Below, piece after piece: positions 51,030-63,787 of a DNA stretch of 64,000 bases; position 1 is the first letter of the stretch; each line of letters starts with the position of its first letter. Source of the DNA: Mustelus asterias. Its lineage: Eukaryota. The DNA lies in contig NW_027590338.1 in the NCBI RefSeq assembly GCF_964213995.1, positions 248,001 through 312,000 of the forward strand, given 5' to 3'. The translations under genes were made by a program, and so were the position numbers. The notes beneath the pieces were generated by a model that did not search any database, had not been told where the DNA came from, and was given only the letters and a program-made list of their open reading frames with translations.

Positions 51030-53418
51030 TATTTCACAACAGCTTGTGATGGAGCCCACGAGGGAACAGGCTATTCTGGACTTAGTGTTATGTAATGAGC
51101 CAGACGTGATAAAAGATCTTAAAGTAAGGGAACACTTAGGAAGCAGTGATCATAATATGGTAGAATTCAGTCTGCAATTTGAAAGAAGGAAGGCAGAATC
51201 AGATGTGAAGGTTCTACAGTTAAATAAAGGTAATTACAGGCGCATGAGGGAGGAACTGACAAAAATCGACTGGAAGCAGAGCCTAATGGGAAAGACAGTA
51301 GAACAGCAATGGCAGGAGTTTCTGGGAGTAATTGAGGACACAGTGCAGAGGTTCATCCCAAACAAAAGAAAGGTTATCAGAGGGGGGATTAGGCAGCCAT
51401 GGCTGACAAAGGAAGTCAGGGAATGCATCAAGGCAAAAGAGAGAGCCTATAATGTGGCAAAGAGTAGTGGGAAGTCAGAAGATTGGGAAGGCTATAAAAA
51501 CAAACAGAGGATAACAAAGAGAGAAATAAGGAAGGAGAGGATCAAATATGAAGGTAGGCTAGCCAGTAACATTAGGAATGATAGTAAAAGTTTCTTTAAA
51601 TACATTAAAAACAAACGGGAGGCAAAAGTAGACATTGGGCCGCTCCAAAATGACGCTGGTAATCTAGTGATGGGAGACAAGGAAATAGCTGAGGAACTTA
51701 ATAAGTACTTTGCGTCAGTCTTCACAGTAGAAGACATGAGTAATATCCCAACAATTCAGGAAAGTCAGGGGGCAGAGTTGAATATGGTTGCCATCACAAA
51801 GGAGAAAGTGCTAGAGAAACTAAAAGGTCTGAAAATTGATAAATCTCCGGGCCCAGATGGGCTACATCCTAGAGTTCTAAAGGAGATAGCTGAAGAAATA
51901 GTGGAGGCGTTAGTTATGATCTTTCAAAAGTCACTGGAGTCAGGGAAAGTCCCAGAGGATTGGAAAATCGCTGTTGTAACCCCACTGTTCAAGAAGGGAA
52001 CAAGAAAAAAGATGGAAAATTATAGGCCAATTAGCCTAACCTCAGTTGTTGGCAAAATTCTAGAATCCATCGTTAAGGATGAGATTTCTAAATTCTTGGA
52101 AGTGCAGGGTCGGATTAAGACAAGTCAGCATGGATTTAGTAAGGGGAGGTCGTGCCTGACAAACCTGTTAGAGTTCTTTGAAGAGATAACAAATAGGTTA
52201 GACCAAGGAGAGCCAATGGATGTTATCTATCTTGACTTCCAAAAGGCCTTTGACAAGGTGCCTCACGGGAGACTGCTGAGTAAAATAAGGGCCCATGGTA
52301 TTCGAGGCAAGGTACTAACATGGATTGACGATTGGCTGTCAGACAGAAGGCAGAGAGTTGGGATAAAAGGTTCTTTCTCAGAATGGCAACCGGTGACAAG
52401 TGGTGTCCCGCAGGGTTCAGTGTTGGGGCCACAGCTGTTCTCTTTATATATTAACGATCTAGATGATGGGACTGGGAGCATTCTGGCCAAGTTTGCCGAT
52501 GATACAAAGATAGGTGGAGGGGCAGGTAGTATTGAGGAGGTGGGGAGGCTGCAGAAAGATTTAGACAGTTTAGGAGAGTGGTCCAAGAAGTGGCTGATGA
52601 AATTCAACGTGGGCAAGTGCGAGGTCGTACACTTTGGAAAAAAGAATAGAGGCATGGACTATTTTCTAAACGGTGACAAAATTCATAATGCTAAAGTGCA
52701 AAGGGACTTGGGAGTCCTAGTCCAGGATTCTCTAAAGGTAAACTTGCAGGTTGAGTCCGTAATTAAGAAAGCAAATGTAATGTTGTCATTTATCTCAAGA
52801 GGCTTGGAATACAAAAGCAGGGATGTACTTCTGAGGCTTTATAAAGCACTGGTTAGGCCCCATTTGGAGTACTGTGAGCAATTTTGGGCCCCACACCTCA
52901 GGAAGGACATACTGGCACTGGAGCGGGTCCAGCGGAGATTCACACGGATGATCCCAGGAATGGTAGGCCTGACATACGATGAACGTCTGAGGATCGTGGG
53001 ATTATATTCATTGGAGTTTAGGAGGTTGAGGGGAGATCTGATAGAAACTTACAAGATAATGAACGGCTTAGATAGGATGGACGTAGGGAAGTTGTTTCCA
53101 TTAACAGGGGAGACTAGGACGCGGGGGCACAGCCTTAGAATAAAAGGGAGTCACTTTAGAACAGAGATGAGGAGAAATTTCTTCAGCCAGAGAGTGGTGG
53201 GTCTGTGGAATTCATTGCCACAGAGGGCTGTGGAGGCCGAGACGTTGAGCGTCTTCAAGACAGAAATTGATAAATTCTTGATTTCTCGAGGAATTAAGGG
53301 CTATGGGGAGAGAGCGGGTAAATGGAGTTGAAATCAACCATGATTGAATGGTGGAGTGGACTCGATGGGCCGAATGGCCTTACTTCCGCTCCTATGTCTT
53401 ATGGTCTTATGGTCTTAT
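51030..53418 (+). mobile_element. Young 5'-truncated CR1 LINE with uninterrupted RT-containing ORF
   Basis: Open from QQLVMEPTRE to stop 53331, with all RT motifs (PQGSVLGP, FADDTK); tail (TCTTATGG)n. Confidence 0.95.
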
Positions 53419-53894
53419 ATTGATACACTTATCTGTTCCATTTTCCTATTTTTAAAAAAAATAATGCTAAGTGCATATTTGCCGCTGCATTTCGTACATT
53501 GCAACATGAAAGTATTTAATTGGCTCCTGACAGCTTTCGGAGGTATGTTTCTGACGATGTTAATCAACCACCGCCCAATCATGGGTGCTGACATTTTTGA
53601 TAAAATTTCAAAGTAATGTTAAACATAGTGTACTCGCTCTTTCAATATCTCCCTTGTCTTCTCCATCCTCACCTCCAACAACAAGAGTGAGGAGCTCATG
53701 GAGCGTTCTTGTCACTAAGATTGAGACAACCTGATCAGTTGCCTCTGCTGCTTCCCTCCCTTCTACCAGCCCATCGAAGAAAATAACTTCGGACATTCGA
53801 AGCTATCACGGTAATAATAGGCTTTCTGTTCCTGTAACATTTGCGATTGAGCTTTTGTTTTCCTGTAGTTGTTGAGGTATGGCCGCAATCAAAA

Positions 53895-54230
53895 TGTGGA
53901 GGTGGTGGCCTGGAGGTATTGTCACTGGATTAATTATCCAGAAACCCACTGTAATGGTCTGGAGACACGTGCTCGAATCCTACGATGGCAGATGGTGACA
54001 ACTGAATTCAAAAATATGGAATTAAAGGTCTAATGATGACTATGAAACGATTGTCGTAAAACCCGGTCTGGTTCATTGATGTCCTTTAGGGAAGGTAATG
54101 TCCTTACCTCGTCTAGCCTACATGTGACTTCAGACCCACAACAATGCAGCTGATTCTGAAATACCCTCCGAAATGGAGGGCAGTTGTGAATAGGCCAGCG
54201 ATCCCCACATCCCCTGAACGCATTTTATAA
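53895..54230 (+). mobile_element. tRNA-derived SINE, second family
   Basis: Degenerate A box and B box (GCTCGAATCC), with a body unlike the V-SINEs. Confidence 0.55.
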
Positions 54231-55514
54231 AATCCCAATACCACAGGAATTTCTGTTTGGGCTATTTACACATTCATCCTCTCGATGTATCCATGGAAAG
54301 ATAGAACCATAGAAATGATACAGAACAGAAGTGGCATTTGGCCGATTCTTTCCATGCTGATCCAAGGACACCGGTTCTAATCCTATTTTCCTGCACACGG
54401 CTTATTGCCCTGCAAATTACAGCAGTTAAGGTGCAGATCCAAGGACTTTACAAACGAATTGAGTCAAGCATTCACCACAATGATTCAGTGCCAACATTTA
54501 AATGTTGCCCATTGTTGACCAACATTGCTCAAATGTTGCTACAAAGTAAGGAGCATTGAAACTTTCCATTTTCACTTAGACACTGAAGAATCTCCTCTCA
54601 AAATGAAACCGAAATCAATTCCTCTTTAACGATGTGCATTTATTGTTTTATCTGAAAAGCACATTCATATGATGCTGTTTACCTAATGTGAAAAAAATAT
54701 TTAGATTGGTAAAAATGGAGAACTGAGCTGCATTGACATAGTTGGAGGAACACACAAAAACATGTACACCGGAAGTGACCGAGGCCTGAGGAGAGACATG
54801 CATCCAGTACACAAGAAAGCCACTAACTTCGCTCAATTGTTCTTCAATCGTTCAGCTGTTCTTCAAACTATGATTTACAGCATCGTAGATGACTCTTCCC
54901 CGCTGATTGAACAGTTAACACTTGCCTTGGCTGTTGTTTTTACTGCAATGGTACATAAGCAAAGGAGAAGATATAGGGCATCTGAACTCCCGAGCCTTGG
55001 CCGATCCTCAGTAATATCGGCAGGATTGGAATATGTGTGGGCAGAACACCCTCACCCCCGAAGGATTTCTAATTCATCGCCGAAACCACCAGTCCTCAAA
55101 TACTCAAATACATGGTCATGCACGTGCTTTTCATATAATATCATCTTGGCTGCAGGAGAGCAGCTCGCTATTCCGCCCATCTTGTCCATGTCAGTTCACT
55201 GGAAGATCACTTTAACTGGTTCTACACACGCTCCCTTTTCCACATCAGTTCAAATTCGTGTTGTCTCTCCTTGTTCTCCACGGCAAATTAAAACATCGTA
55301 CAATCCACTTAAAATTATGCTGCTACTTATCCACTCCAATGGCTTGACTGAAAAGATTTAAAATCTAAACAAAATAAACTTTGGCAGGAGTGGGAGTCAA
55401 AAACATACGTCCATCAAGACTAGAGTCGTCATCGAGTGCATTAGACCCACTCACCCACGTCACCATGCAAACCACAAAAACAACGTTTGCCTTCAATTAC
55501 ATTGATATTGTTGC

Positions 55515-55795
55515 AGAATAAAGTTTATTTATTAGTCAAAAGTAAGGCTTACATTAACATTCAAATGAAGTTACTGAGAAAGCCCCTTAATCGCCACATT
55601 CCGGCGCTTGTTCGGGTCAATGCACCCTAACCAGCACGTCTTTCAAATTGTGGGTGGAAACCGGAGCACCGGGAGGAAACCCACGCAGACATGGGGAAAA
55701 CGTGCAAACTCCACACGGACGATGACTGAAGCCGGGAATCGAATCCAGGTCCGTGGTGCTGTGAGACAGCAGTGCTAACCACTGTGCCACCCATG
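55515..55795 (-). mobile_element. V-SINE
   Basis: A box TGGCACAGTGG, B box GATTCGATTCC, V-domain and tail. Confidence 0.88.
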
Positions 55796-56089
55796 TACAC
55801 GAATCCCACTTTCCAGCATTTGGCCCAGAGCTTTGAATGTTATGGTATTGCTGGTGTTCATACATTTTAATAGGTTGTGATGAATGCCTCATCTACTACC
55901 CACCAAGGCAGTGCATTTCGGTCTCCCACCAGCCTCTGGGTGAAAACATTTTCCTCAAAACCCCAGTAAACTTTCGGCACCTCACCGTAACATTATGCCC
56001 CCTCTTTATTGACCCTTCAAATCAGGGTAGCAGCTGCTTCCTATCCACCCTGTCCATGCTCCTCGTAACCTCATACACCTCAATCGTCC

Positions 56090-56362
56090 TTCGGGAAAAA
56101 GATACAAAAGTCTGACGTCACGTACCCACCGACTCAAGAACAGCTTCTTCCTTGCGGCTGTCAGACTTTTGAATGGAATTGACTTGCATTAAATTGATCT
56201 TTCTCTACACCCTAGCTATGACTGTAAGACTACATTCTGCACTCTCTCATTTCATTCTCTATGAACGGTATGTTTTGTCTGTATAGCGCGCAAGAAACAA
56301 TACTTTTCACTGTACGTTAATACATGTGACAACAATAAATCAAATCAAACCAAATCAAATCA
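56090..56362 (+). mobile_element. Rex/Babar-like LINE 3' end inserted in a CR1 fragment
   Basis: Homologous to 18890-19122; AATAAA followed by (ATCAA)n tail. Confidence 0.7.
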
Positions 56363-57157
56363 GGTCCCACCTCAGCCTTGTTGTGCCCCCAGAGAAGAGT
56401 GGAGAACTTAAGTGTGTATCTTTATGGGAGAATTGGATATTAAATTATTCGCATGAGTTCTGCTCCGGGCTCTGAGAATCATTCCCGTGGCTTGTGATTC
56501 CTGGTGTGTCAGCGTTCGGTTCGAATGTAGTGCCATGTCTGCCTTGGGGATATTTGATGGGACAATGCAGAATTAACCGCATGCTTCAATACAGTGCATT
56601 CAGTCAGGTCAGCATGCCCCTGCTCTGTCATGGAAACCGATATGTGAATGTGACAGGCTATTATGTGAAAAAGTCAGAAATGCTGACTGTGCCGTCAATC
56701 AGCTTCCGCCACTTTATAACAAAAGGCAGGTGTAGATGGAACACTGGGTGACACAGCGGCTCCTTCACTGAAGTGTAGTAGGTTCGATAAAAATCCAAAC
56801 AGGATTGAATAAAAAGCTGTGTGGGTTAAAAGCGGCGGCATGAGAGAAGGGGCGTTCGGTTTTGAAAATAGCGCAATTAGGATATGTCGTGCAGCTAGGC
56901 AGTTAACAACCTCGACATTACGTACTTTGTAATTCAAGATTTATTTACAATTTCATAGAGAACACTTTATGGAAACATATAATTTAAAGTTGACCCCAGG
57001 TGAATATACAAACTGAGCGTCACAATGAGAACAGAATATTGATCGTTTAAACAGCCAATTGTCTAAAACTATCTCAAACTGGAGAGAAAAAAACGGGGCC
57101 TCGACATAAAATGCAGTGAACAATGCTAATGAGAAATAACGACTAATTAACAATACG

Positions 57158-57364
57158 AAGTCTCACAACACCAGGTTAAAGCCCAAAATGTTTATTTGGT
57201 ATCATGAGCTTTTGGAGAGCTGCTCCTTCATCAGGTGACTCACTTGATGAAGGAGCAGCGCTCCGAAAGCTTGTGATATCAAATAAACCCGTTGCACTTT
57301 AACCTGGTTTTGTGAGACTTATTACTGTGCACACTCCAGTCCAATGCCGGCATTTTAACATCAT
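57158..57364. mobile_element. Penelope-type palindrome with two back-to-back hammerhead motifs
   Basis: Inverted arms 57158-57238 / 57241-57320, each containing YTGATGA-A-GGAGC...CTCC-RAAAGCT, plus the shared tail. Confidence 0.75.
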
Positions 57365-57618
57365 CATTAGTTTACAAATCAATTCAAACAATGGCGACAC
57401 TCAAAGATACAATCATACTATCGACATGATTATCTCATTCAATTAAAAAAAAGTAACAGAAATCCAGCTTATATTGCAACCTCGATTTTGGATTCGGATC
57501 TGTTCACTGGAGGCACTATAACTTTGAGGATCACGATGATAACGTACTTTAATTCCACAGCACCATTTTGTGAATAAACGGATGGGTAAATACCACACGA
57601 TTTCCGAAACTCAATCAA

Positions 57619-57627
57619 TTACTCCAC
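57619..57627 (-). pseudogene. IGHM: Probable IgM TM2 exon (VE* instead of VK*)
   Basis: ttttatttctctttggAG|GTG GAG TAA, ~140 nt after the TM1 phase-0 donor. Confidence 0.55.
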
Positions 57628-57768
57628 CTCCAAAGAGAAATAAAATGACTAAACAGCCGTTTTATGTCTTTGAGACATTTAACTGAAAGCTCTTATTAAT
57701 TGAGACTTCTGGACATTTTTCAATCTTCTCCTATCTGATTCAAATGTGAGTAGATTGAATCATCTCAC

Positions 57769-57896
57769 CTTCAACAGAGTGACTGCAGCGCTGTAGGACA
57801 TGCTTAGGAAGAACAGGACTATGAATGTAGAAGCGGTTGTCCAGATGTTGCTGTTATCATCCTCCTTGACTGCAATCCTGATGGACTCTGTGGAAT
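57769..57896 (-). pseudogene. IGHM: IgM transmembrane exon TM1 (open)
   Basis: AG|(D)STESIRIAVKEDDNSNIWTTASTFIVLFFLSMSYSAAVTLLK|GTGAGA. Carries the conserved antigen-receptor TM motif and is phase-compatible with the internal CH4 donor at 61935. Absent from the ORF track. Confidence 0.9.
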
Positions 57897-58939
57897 CTAC
57901 GGGATGATATAGGGGACACTTTTAGTTCTTCTGTTAACCTAGGTTATTATTTTGGTTGCTCGTCTTTTATTTCTTCAAGGTATTATGTTGTTTTCTGATA
58001 TAATTTTCAATCCTATCTGTTATTAACTTAATCGCATAATGCAATTTTCAATACATATATTATTAAGTTAACCTCTCTCAGCAAGATAAGGTGTTACAAT
58101 GTCCACAACCGTTCTTCTTTTATTTTCCTCATACAGCCCGTTTTCGCAAATACATGTTATTCCTCAATCTTAGGCGTCCATTTAGTCTGGTGTAATTTTC
58201 TGCCAACTGTCACTAAACAATACTCTGAAGACTAAACAGGTGAAGTTAACTAATATGGACTGAGTGACTTGGGTCTACATTCTCCCCAGCTTAGAACAAT
58301 GAGAGGAGATCACATGGAAACAAAATAATCCGAAAGGATTTGACAAGCTAGACACTGAAATGTCGTTTCCGCTGGTTCCAAAGGGCATATCCCTTGGATA
58401 ATTATGAGTTAACTTAGGTCTGAGATGACGAGGCATTCCTTTATTATGATTATGAATCTTTGGAGCCTCTTCCCCAGAGGATACTGGATCATCTCTACCA
58501 GCTCGACCTTTGCCTCTGGTTCCATTTGTGCATCGCCGGTGTCTGCCGTTGTGAGCGTATTCTCTCTACTTCAAATGAATTAGAGGAGATCGCATTGAAA
58601 CGAAATCATCCCAATGGGTTTGACATGACAGACACTGAGAGATTGTTTCCTCTGGTTCTGGAATCCACAATAATGGGGCATAGCCTTTGGATATGTGGGT
58701 TGTAGTTTAGGGCTGAGATAAGGAGTCACTCCCTTACTTAGGATTATGAATCTCGGACGTTATTTGCCCTAGAGGACTGTTGCCCACTGTGGAATATGTT
58801 TAGGGCTGAAGTAGACATACTTTTGGTTTTTCAGGTAAGCAAAGGACATGGGGAATGGGTGGGAAATTGGAGTAGGACGCAATATCAGGCATGATCGTAT
58901 TAAATATTAAAGTAACTCACATTTGGCCTCTTGTCTAGT

Positions 58940-59285
58940 CATATAATCCCTACTGTCCAGAAGAGGCCATTCGGCCATCAAGTCTGCACCAACTCTTGGC
59001 AAAGGTGCATTACCCAAGCTCTCTGCCGCCATATCCCCGTAACTCCTCATATTCCCCATGGCTAATCCATGTAACCTAAATATCTTGGGACACGACGTGC
59101 AAGTTAGCAACATCAATCCAGCTAACCTGCTCATCTTTGGATTGTGGGCAGAAACCAGAGTACTCAGAGGAAACCTATGCAGACACACAGGAAGAATGTG
59201 TAAACTCCACACAGACAGCCACCTAAGGCCCGAATTAAACCGGTGTCCCTGCATCTGTGAGGCAGCAGAGCTAACAACTGTGTCA
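58940..59285 (-). mobile_element. HE1-like V-SINE with CR1 tail
   Basis: Degenerate head, V-domain and CR1-type tail. Confidence 0.7.
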
Positions 59286-61837
59286 CTGATAGTATTTTCT
59301 ATTTACTCCTGATCTACCAAGAAGATTTTAGAGAAAAGTACAGATAGCCATTTATTGTGGTATTGTAAATGATAACAGGTAATAGATCGGAAGAATTACA
59401 TTTTTTGTTTGTGTAGGTTTGGCAAATAATTTATTCACGTCAGTTTCTAAAGGAGAACGTTTTCAGCCTTTGACAGGCCAATATGTATTGAAATCACGTT
59501 TTACAAAATGTGTCTCTTAGGAAACCGACTTCAATATTAATTGTCCCTATAGCCTTCCGTTTTGGTTTGTGTTTTAGTCTTTGTATATGTGTGTAGGAGG
59601 ATAATGCTGACCTGCTTTATTCTTTGATTGTGTGTCCCTGTGTGTGGGAAGGTGTTACGTGCGCGCATGTCCATATAAATATGTGAAAAAGAGACTTTTC
59701 GAAGCTTCCCATCTTGCAGTCAGAGGACAATTGTACGAAGATCAAATGTAAATGCAGCAATAATTTATACTTCATGACAAAAGAGTGCAGATTGGTTGGC
59801 AAGTAAACTGTGATTGGTAGAGGGGTTCCAGGGCGAATGTACCTGTGAATCGTTGGTTGACAGTTAACTGCCAAGCTTTGTTTAAATTCAGACAAGGCAC
59901 TTTAACCCTGATTGGTGAAGACATTGCTCTGAGGAATGAATCAGAGTGTTCTGTCGTCTACTTTGTTCAGATGGAACAGACACAATGTCTGTACAGTTAT
60001 TTCTGTCTGAAAAGCAGCTTTTAACACAGTTAGTTGCACAACACTCACCACTTTCTTCCGAAGAATTATAAATTGGTGTTTCTTTTATATTTATTATTCT
60101 TGTGAAGAGCCTGGTGAGTGCAATATGTACAGCTTCAACATGTCTCCTTTTCAGCGATACGCAACTTCTGTACTACCATATGAATATTTGATTGTTAATG
60201 TTTTCATATGAAAATGATGTGCATTATGTGTATTTATTAGTCCGCGTCAATGGGCATATTTTATGTTTGTCCATTCCTATGCATCAATGTATGTTTTAAT
60301 ATTTCTGCTTGTGTGTGTATTTGACTGTTAATGTTAGGCAGTGAGTGTTTATGTGCTGGAGTCCATATTTAGGTGTTATTGAGTGTGTTACTGTGGGCTC
60401 ATATGTTCATATGTTTATGACTCAGTTTGTGTGCCGGTGTGTTTATGAATATTGTAATGTTTTTGTCCTTGTGTGTACATTTGATATAGATTTCACTCAT
60501 GTGTATGTGCGCACATATGTGTTGAATCATTTGTATCTCTCGCTTTCTGCCAATGGGTCTGCTAATGGGTGTTTTTCACAGTCAGAGTATGCTCACTATT
60601 TTGGCTATGCTTGGGTCTGAGAATCTGTTGGCCTGTGTTTGTGAATGCCTGTTTGAGTTTTTTATTGCGAGTGTATGTGTGTCAATGTGTATGATCGTCT
60701 TAAACGAATGGTTTTTTTTTAATTTGCGAGAGGTAATGATTTATTGATGTTTACGTTTGTATTTGCTTCTCGGTCTGTGAGCGTGTTTGTGGTGATATAC
60801 ATGCCTGTGTTTATCTGTTTTCTGTGTGTCAGCAATTGAAAATGATCATTACTGCTCCAAGTTTCACCGAGTACAATGAACCGGAACTGGCCCTGCCAGA
60901 GTATATTAACAGAATAGTGGCCTCATTCTGAAGACATGTAGTGTAATGTGAGCTGCAATGTGACAACAAACTGAACGAAAGAACAATTCAAATTTAGAAC
61001 AGGAAAAATCGGGTGGGCTTCATTCACTGGTGAAGTTTTGGGTAGCTAGAATTTAATGCATCATACTTTTAACAGATTTGAACCAATAGCAGCTGAGTGT
61101 ACATAATAGGTTCCTTTCTAATTTCTCTGCTTGGCGGATCGGAGTATAATTGGTTTACAATTGCCCTTACCCCTGTCTCTGGTGCCAGAGTGAGTATAAT
61201 GGGCTAGCAAAAGCACTTCCTCCTCTCTCTCTGGTGCCAGAGTCAGTATAATGGGTTAACAATTGCCCTTTCTCCTGTCTCTCGTCATGACAGATTGAGA
61301 ATAATGGATTAACAATGGCCATTTTCTTTACAATCTCTGGTGGGTGAGTGGAGACGTGGGAAGACAGTGAGTTCATGATTTCCTTTTATCCCCTGTCTGT
61401 TTGGGAAGTGCGTATCTGTGGGTTAAGTAGACCAGTGTCCCAGCGACGGCGGGGGAGGATAGCTTCATTTCTTTTTCTTATGTTGCTTTGACTTCAGTTC
61501 CCACTGGGCGCCATGCGGCAACGTAGAAGTGATCAAAGCTTTGATGGAGTTGACAACACGAGAAACGAATCGTCTATATTTTAAAGTGACTGCACATCAC
61601 CAGTAACTGGATGAACGTTGCTGAAGTTACTCAGCGGGATCATGGAATTAATTATCATCAATTTGTCGTTATTTGGTGCTCCAACGCAATTTGGAGCGCA
61701 GGTTTTCTGAGCCTAAGGCAAGAGACTGGCAAGTAACTTCCGTCAGGGGAGCAGTTTTTATTCTCGTGGCTAACACTGGAAGCAAGATTAATGAGCAAGT
61801 TTTATGTTTATCTCACAGGTAGAAGGGGGAAAAAAAC

Positions 61838-61852
61838 TTTATTATTTTTATT
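61838..61852 (-). terminator. Secretory-form polyadenylation signals (two AATAAA)
   Basis: TTTATT on plus at 61838-43 and 61847-52, just past the secretory tail. Confidence 0.7.
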
Positions 61853-61879
61853 GCGTCTCGAAACACAACCGACAGATTT

Positions 61880-62265
61880 TTACTGACATTAATGAACGGT
61901 GTTCATCAGCGCAATCTTCACAAAACTGGGTTTACCGCTGGATTTCTTAGCCGTTCTGATGATGGTCTTCAAGGGGAAGGCTTCCTGTCCCACCACACAG
62001 GAGTAAGAAATGTCGCTGGCCCACTCTTCTGCTGCAATGGATAACAGGCTGGACATGAAGTAGGAGCTATTGCCGTTCTCCGCCACCACCTCGGTGTTCT
62101 TGTAGTTCCCAGGATTCACCAGCTTGCCATTGACGGTCCACTTGACGAAGATGTCTGGGGGGGAGAAACCTCTCACTAAGCAGCTGAGGTAAATGAATCT
62201 CTGAGTGAAGGCTTCTTCTGCCGAGGGCAGGGGGATAAAGATGGATGGTTCCCGCGGATTTGGAT
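61880..62265 (-). pseudogene. IGHM: IgM CH4 exon + secretory tailpiece (tail truncated)
   Basis: [17 protein letters not shown]...YSCVVG...KSS|GKPSFV matches shark C-mu4 as I recall it. The tail reads NTVH*CQ*, a premature TAA before the penultimate Cys. Confidence 0.9.
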
Positions 62266-63499
62266 CTGCAGACAATGTATAATAAATGTCAATTGTTAAG
62301 GACCTGATATGAAATTCCAAGGTATTTTATGAAGTTAGCCTCGACCCTAACTTTGACATCTGATTTGGCATTAGGGTGAGTATAAGGTGTTTCAATCCAG
62401 GTATGATTCAAGTGTCCCACTAGGAAGCTTTTGTCAAAACAAACATTATTTAACAACACAGTTCAAAAATAACCAAAAGAACTGGCATAAGTTTACCAAT
62501 TAAAGTACTTAAATACGGCATCATGTAATTCTTAACAGCTAGTTAACAGATGCTTAAATGGGCACTAGATTTCCAGCCTTTTGACACTTCTGAAGAGTGA
62601 TCCAGACAGACACCTGTCTGTTAATTCTCGTGCAGCAACTCCCAAACAGAAGAATCCCGGAGAAAAAGGCTTATTTCTTGGCGGATTTCAGTCTCCACTT
62701 CAGACAGAGCAAGAGTTGCAGAGGAAGCAACCTCGACCTAAAGATCCCAAAAGCAAACTGCCTTGAGTTCTCTGTGAAATCTAGCTTCACTCAATCATAA
62801 GATCTTACCTATCCATCAAGCTAATCAAGCCCCAGTTTGCAATATCCCAAGGGAAAACACAAAAGAACAGAATCTGCACTTGTTCAGACCAAAACAGACA
62901 TTGCAGCAATTAAGATCAATTAGGCTGCTGCGTACAGACAGAGCAGTTCCGATCATAGAAAAACAAACTGCTACAAGAGATCCTGCGCAATCTATTTCAT
63001 AAAGATACAGTATCGTAACACAATAAACTGGAAAATGCCGGATACAATGAAACCGCTGGTCAGATATGAGAGAAATGTGCTTTGTGTTGGATTTTAAAGG
63101 TTTCCATTTTTCATTTTGTGACCTGTCCAGTTTCCCAGCTCAGAACAGAGGTGAACAAAAATATTTTTCCTGAGCACTTAGCGGGTTGGTCTCGAAATAT
63201 TGATAAAGTTAACAATATCGATACAGGCCATTCAGTCCTGCTGGCCTGTGTTTGTGTTCAAGATTCACACTCGGTTCCTCCCACCTTATTCCATCTAAAA
63301 CCATCACCATGGCCGTCAATTCATTTTTCATTTTTCTATTTCTCATTCTCCCCTTAAAGTCTCCAGGCACAAAGTGCTTGGTTAGTGGAAATGCCAATCA
63401 GGATAAATCAGAAATACACTGAATAGTAAATATTGACCTTTGCATTTACACTCGAAATAGAAACAATGACTCACTAATCACTTCAACCTCTCCACCCAC

Positions 63500-63787
63500 C
63501 TGTTTTCTTGTGGATGGTATTTCTGAAAGGAGTCGGCAGATCCTGATGGCTCACCACGCAGTCAAACACAGCCCCACTCAGCCAGGCTTGTGTCGAGATG
63601 TTTAAGTTGCTGACCTCAGAATCTTCTCCAGACTGGTCGGCAATCTCTGATTTCAAATGCTTCTTCTCTTGGATCCAGGACACGTTGACTCCAGAAGGAG
63701 CATTAGAAATGACCCAGGCTAAGGTTGCGGTCGCCTTCAGTGGTGGTGGCAGTATCGTCACTGTGGATTCAAGGCACTGGGGAGGAT
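63500..63787 (-). pseudogene. IGHM: IgM CH3 exon (in frame but damaged)
   Basis: AG|(D)PPQC...VTILPPP^[15 protein letters not shown]...NVSW...[23 protein letters not shown]...HKKT G|GT. The first intradomain Cys is replaced by Trp, and there is an apparent short in-frame deletion after PPP. Confidence 0.88.

Noticed and set aside
50800-51030. Novel N-terminal extension on the 843-aa RT ORF
   Set aside because: Chance read-through from flanking degenerate sequence into a 5'-truncated CR1.
54762-55361. 199-aa ORF, and an alternative TM2 acceptor at ~55348 on minus
   Set aside because: No recognisable domain in the ORF; the 57627 site fits TM2 spacing and sequence better.
62388-63019. Possible solo LTR (TGTT...AACA) in the CH3-CH4 intron
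   Set aside because: No matching target-site duplication and no second copy in the window.
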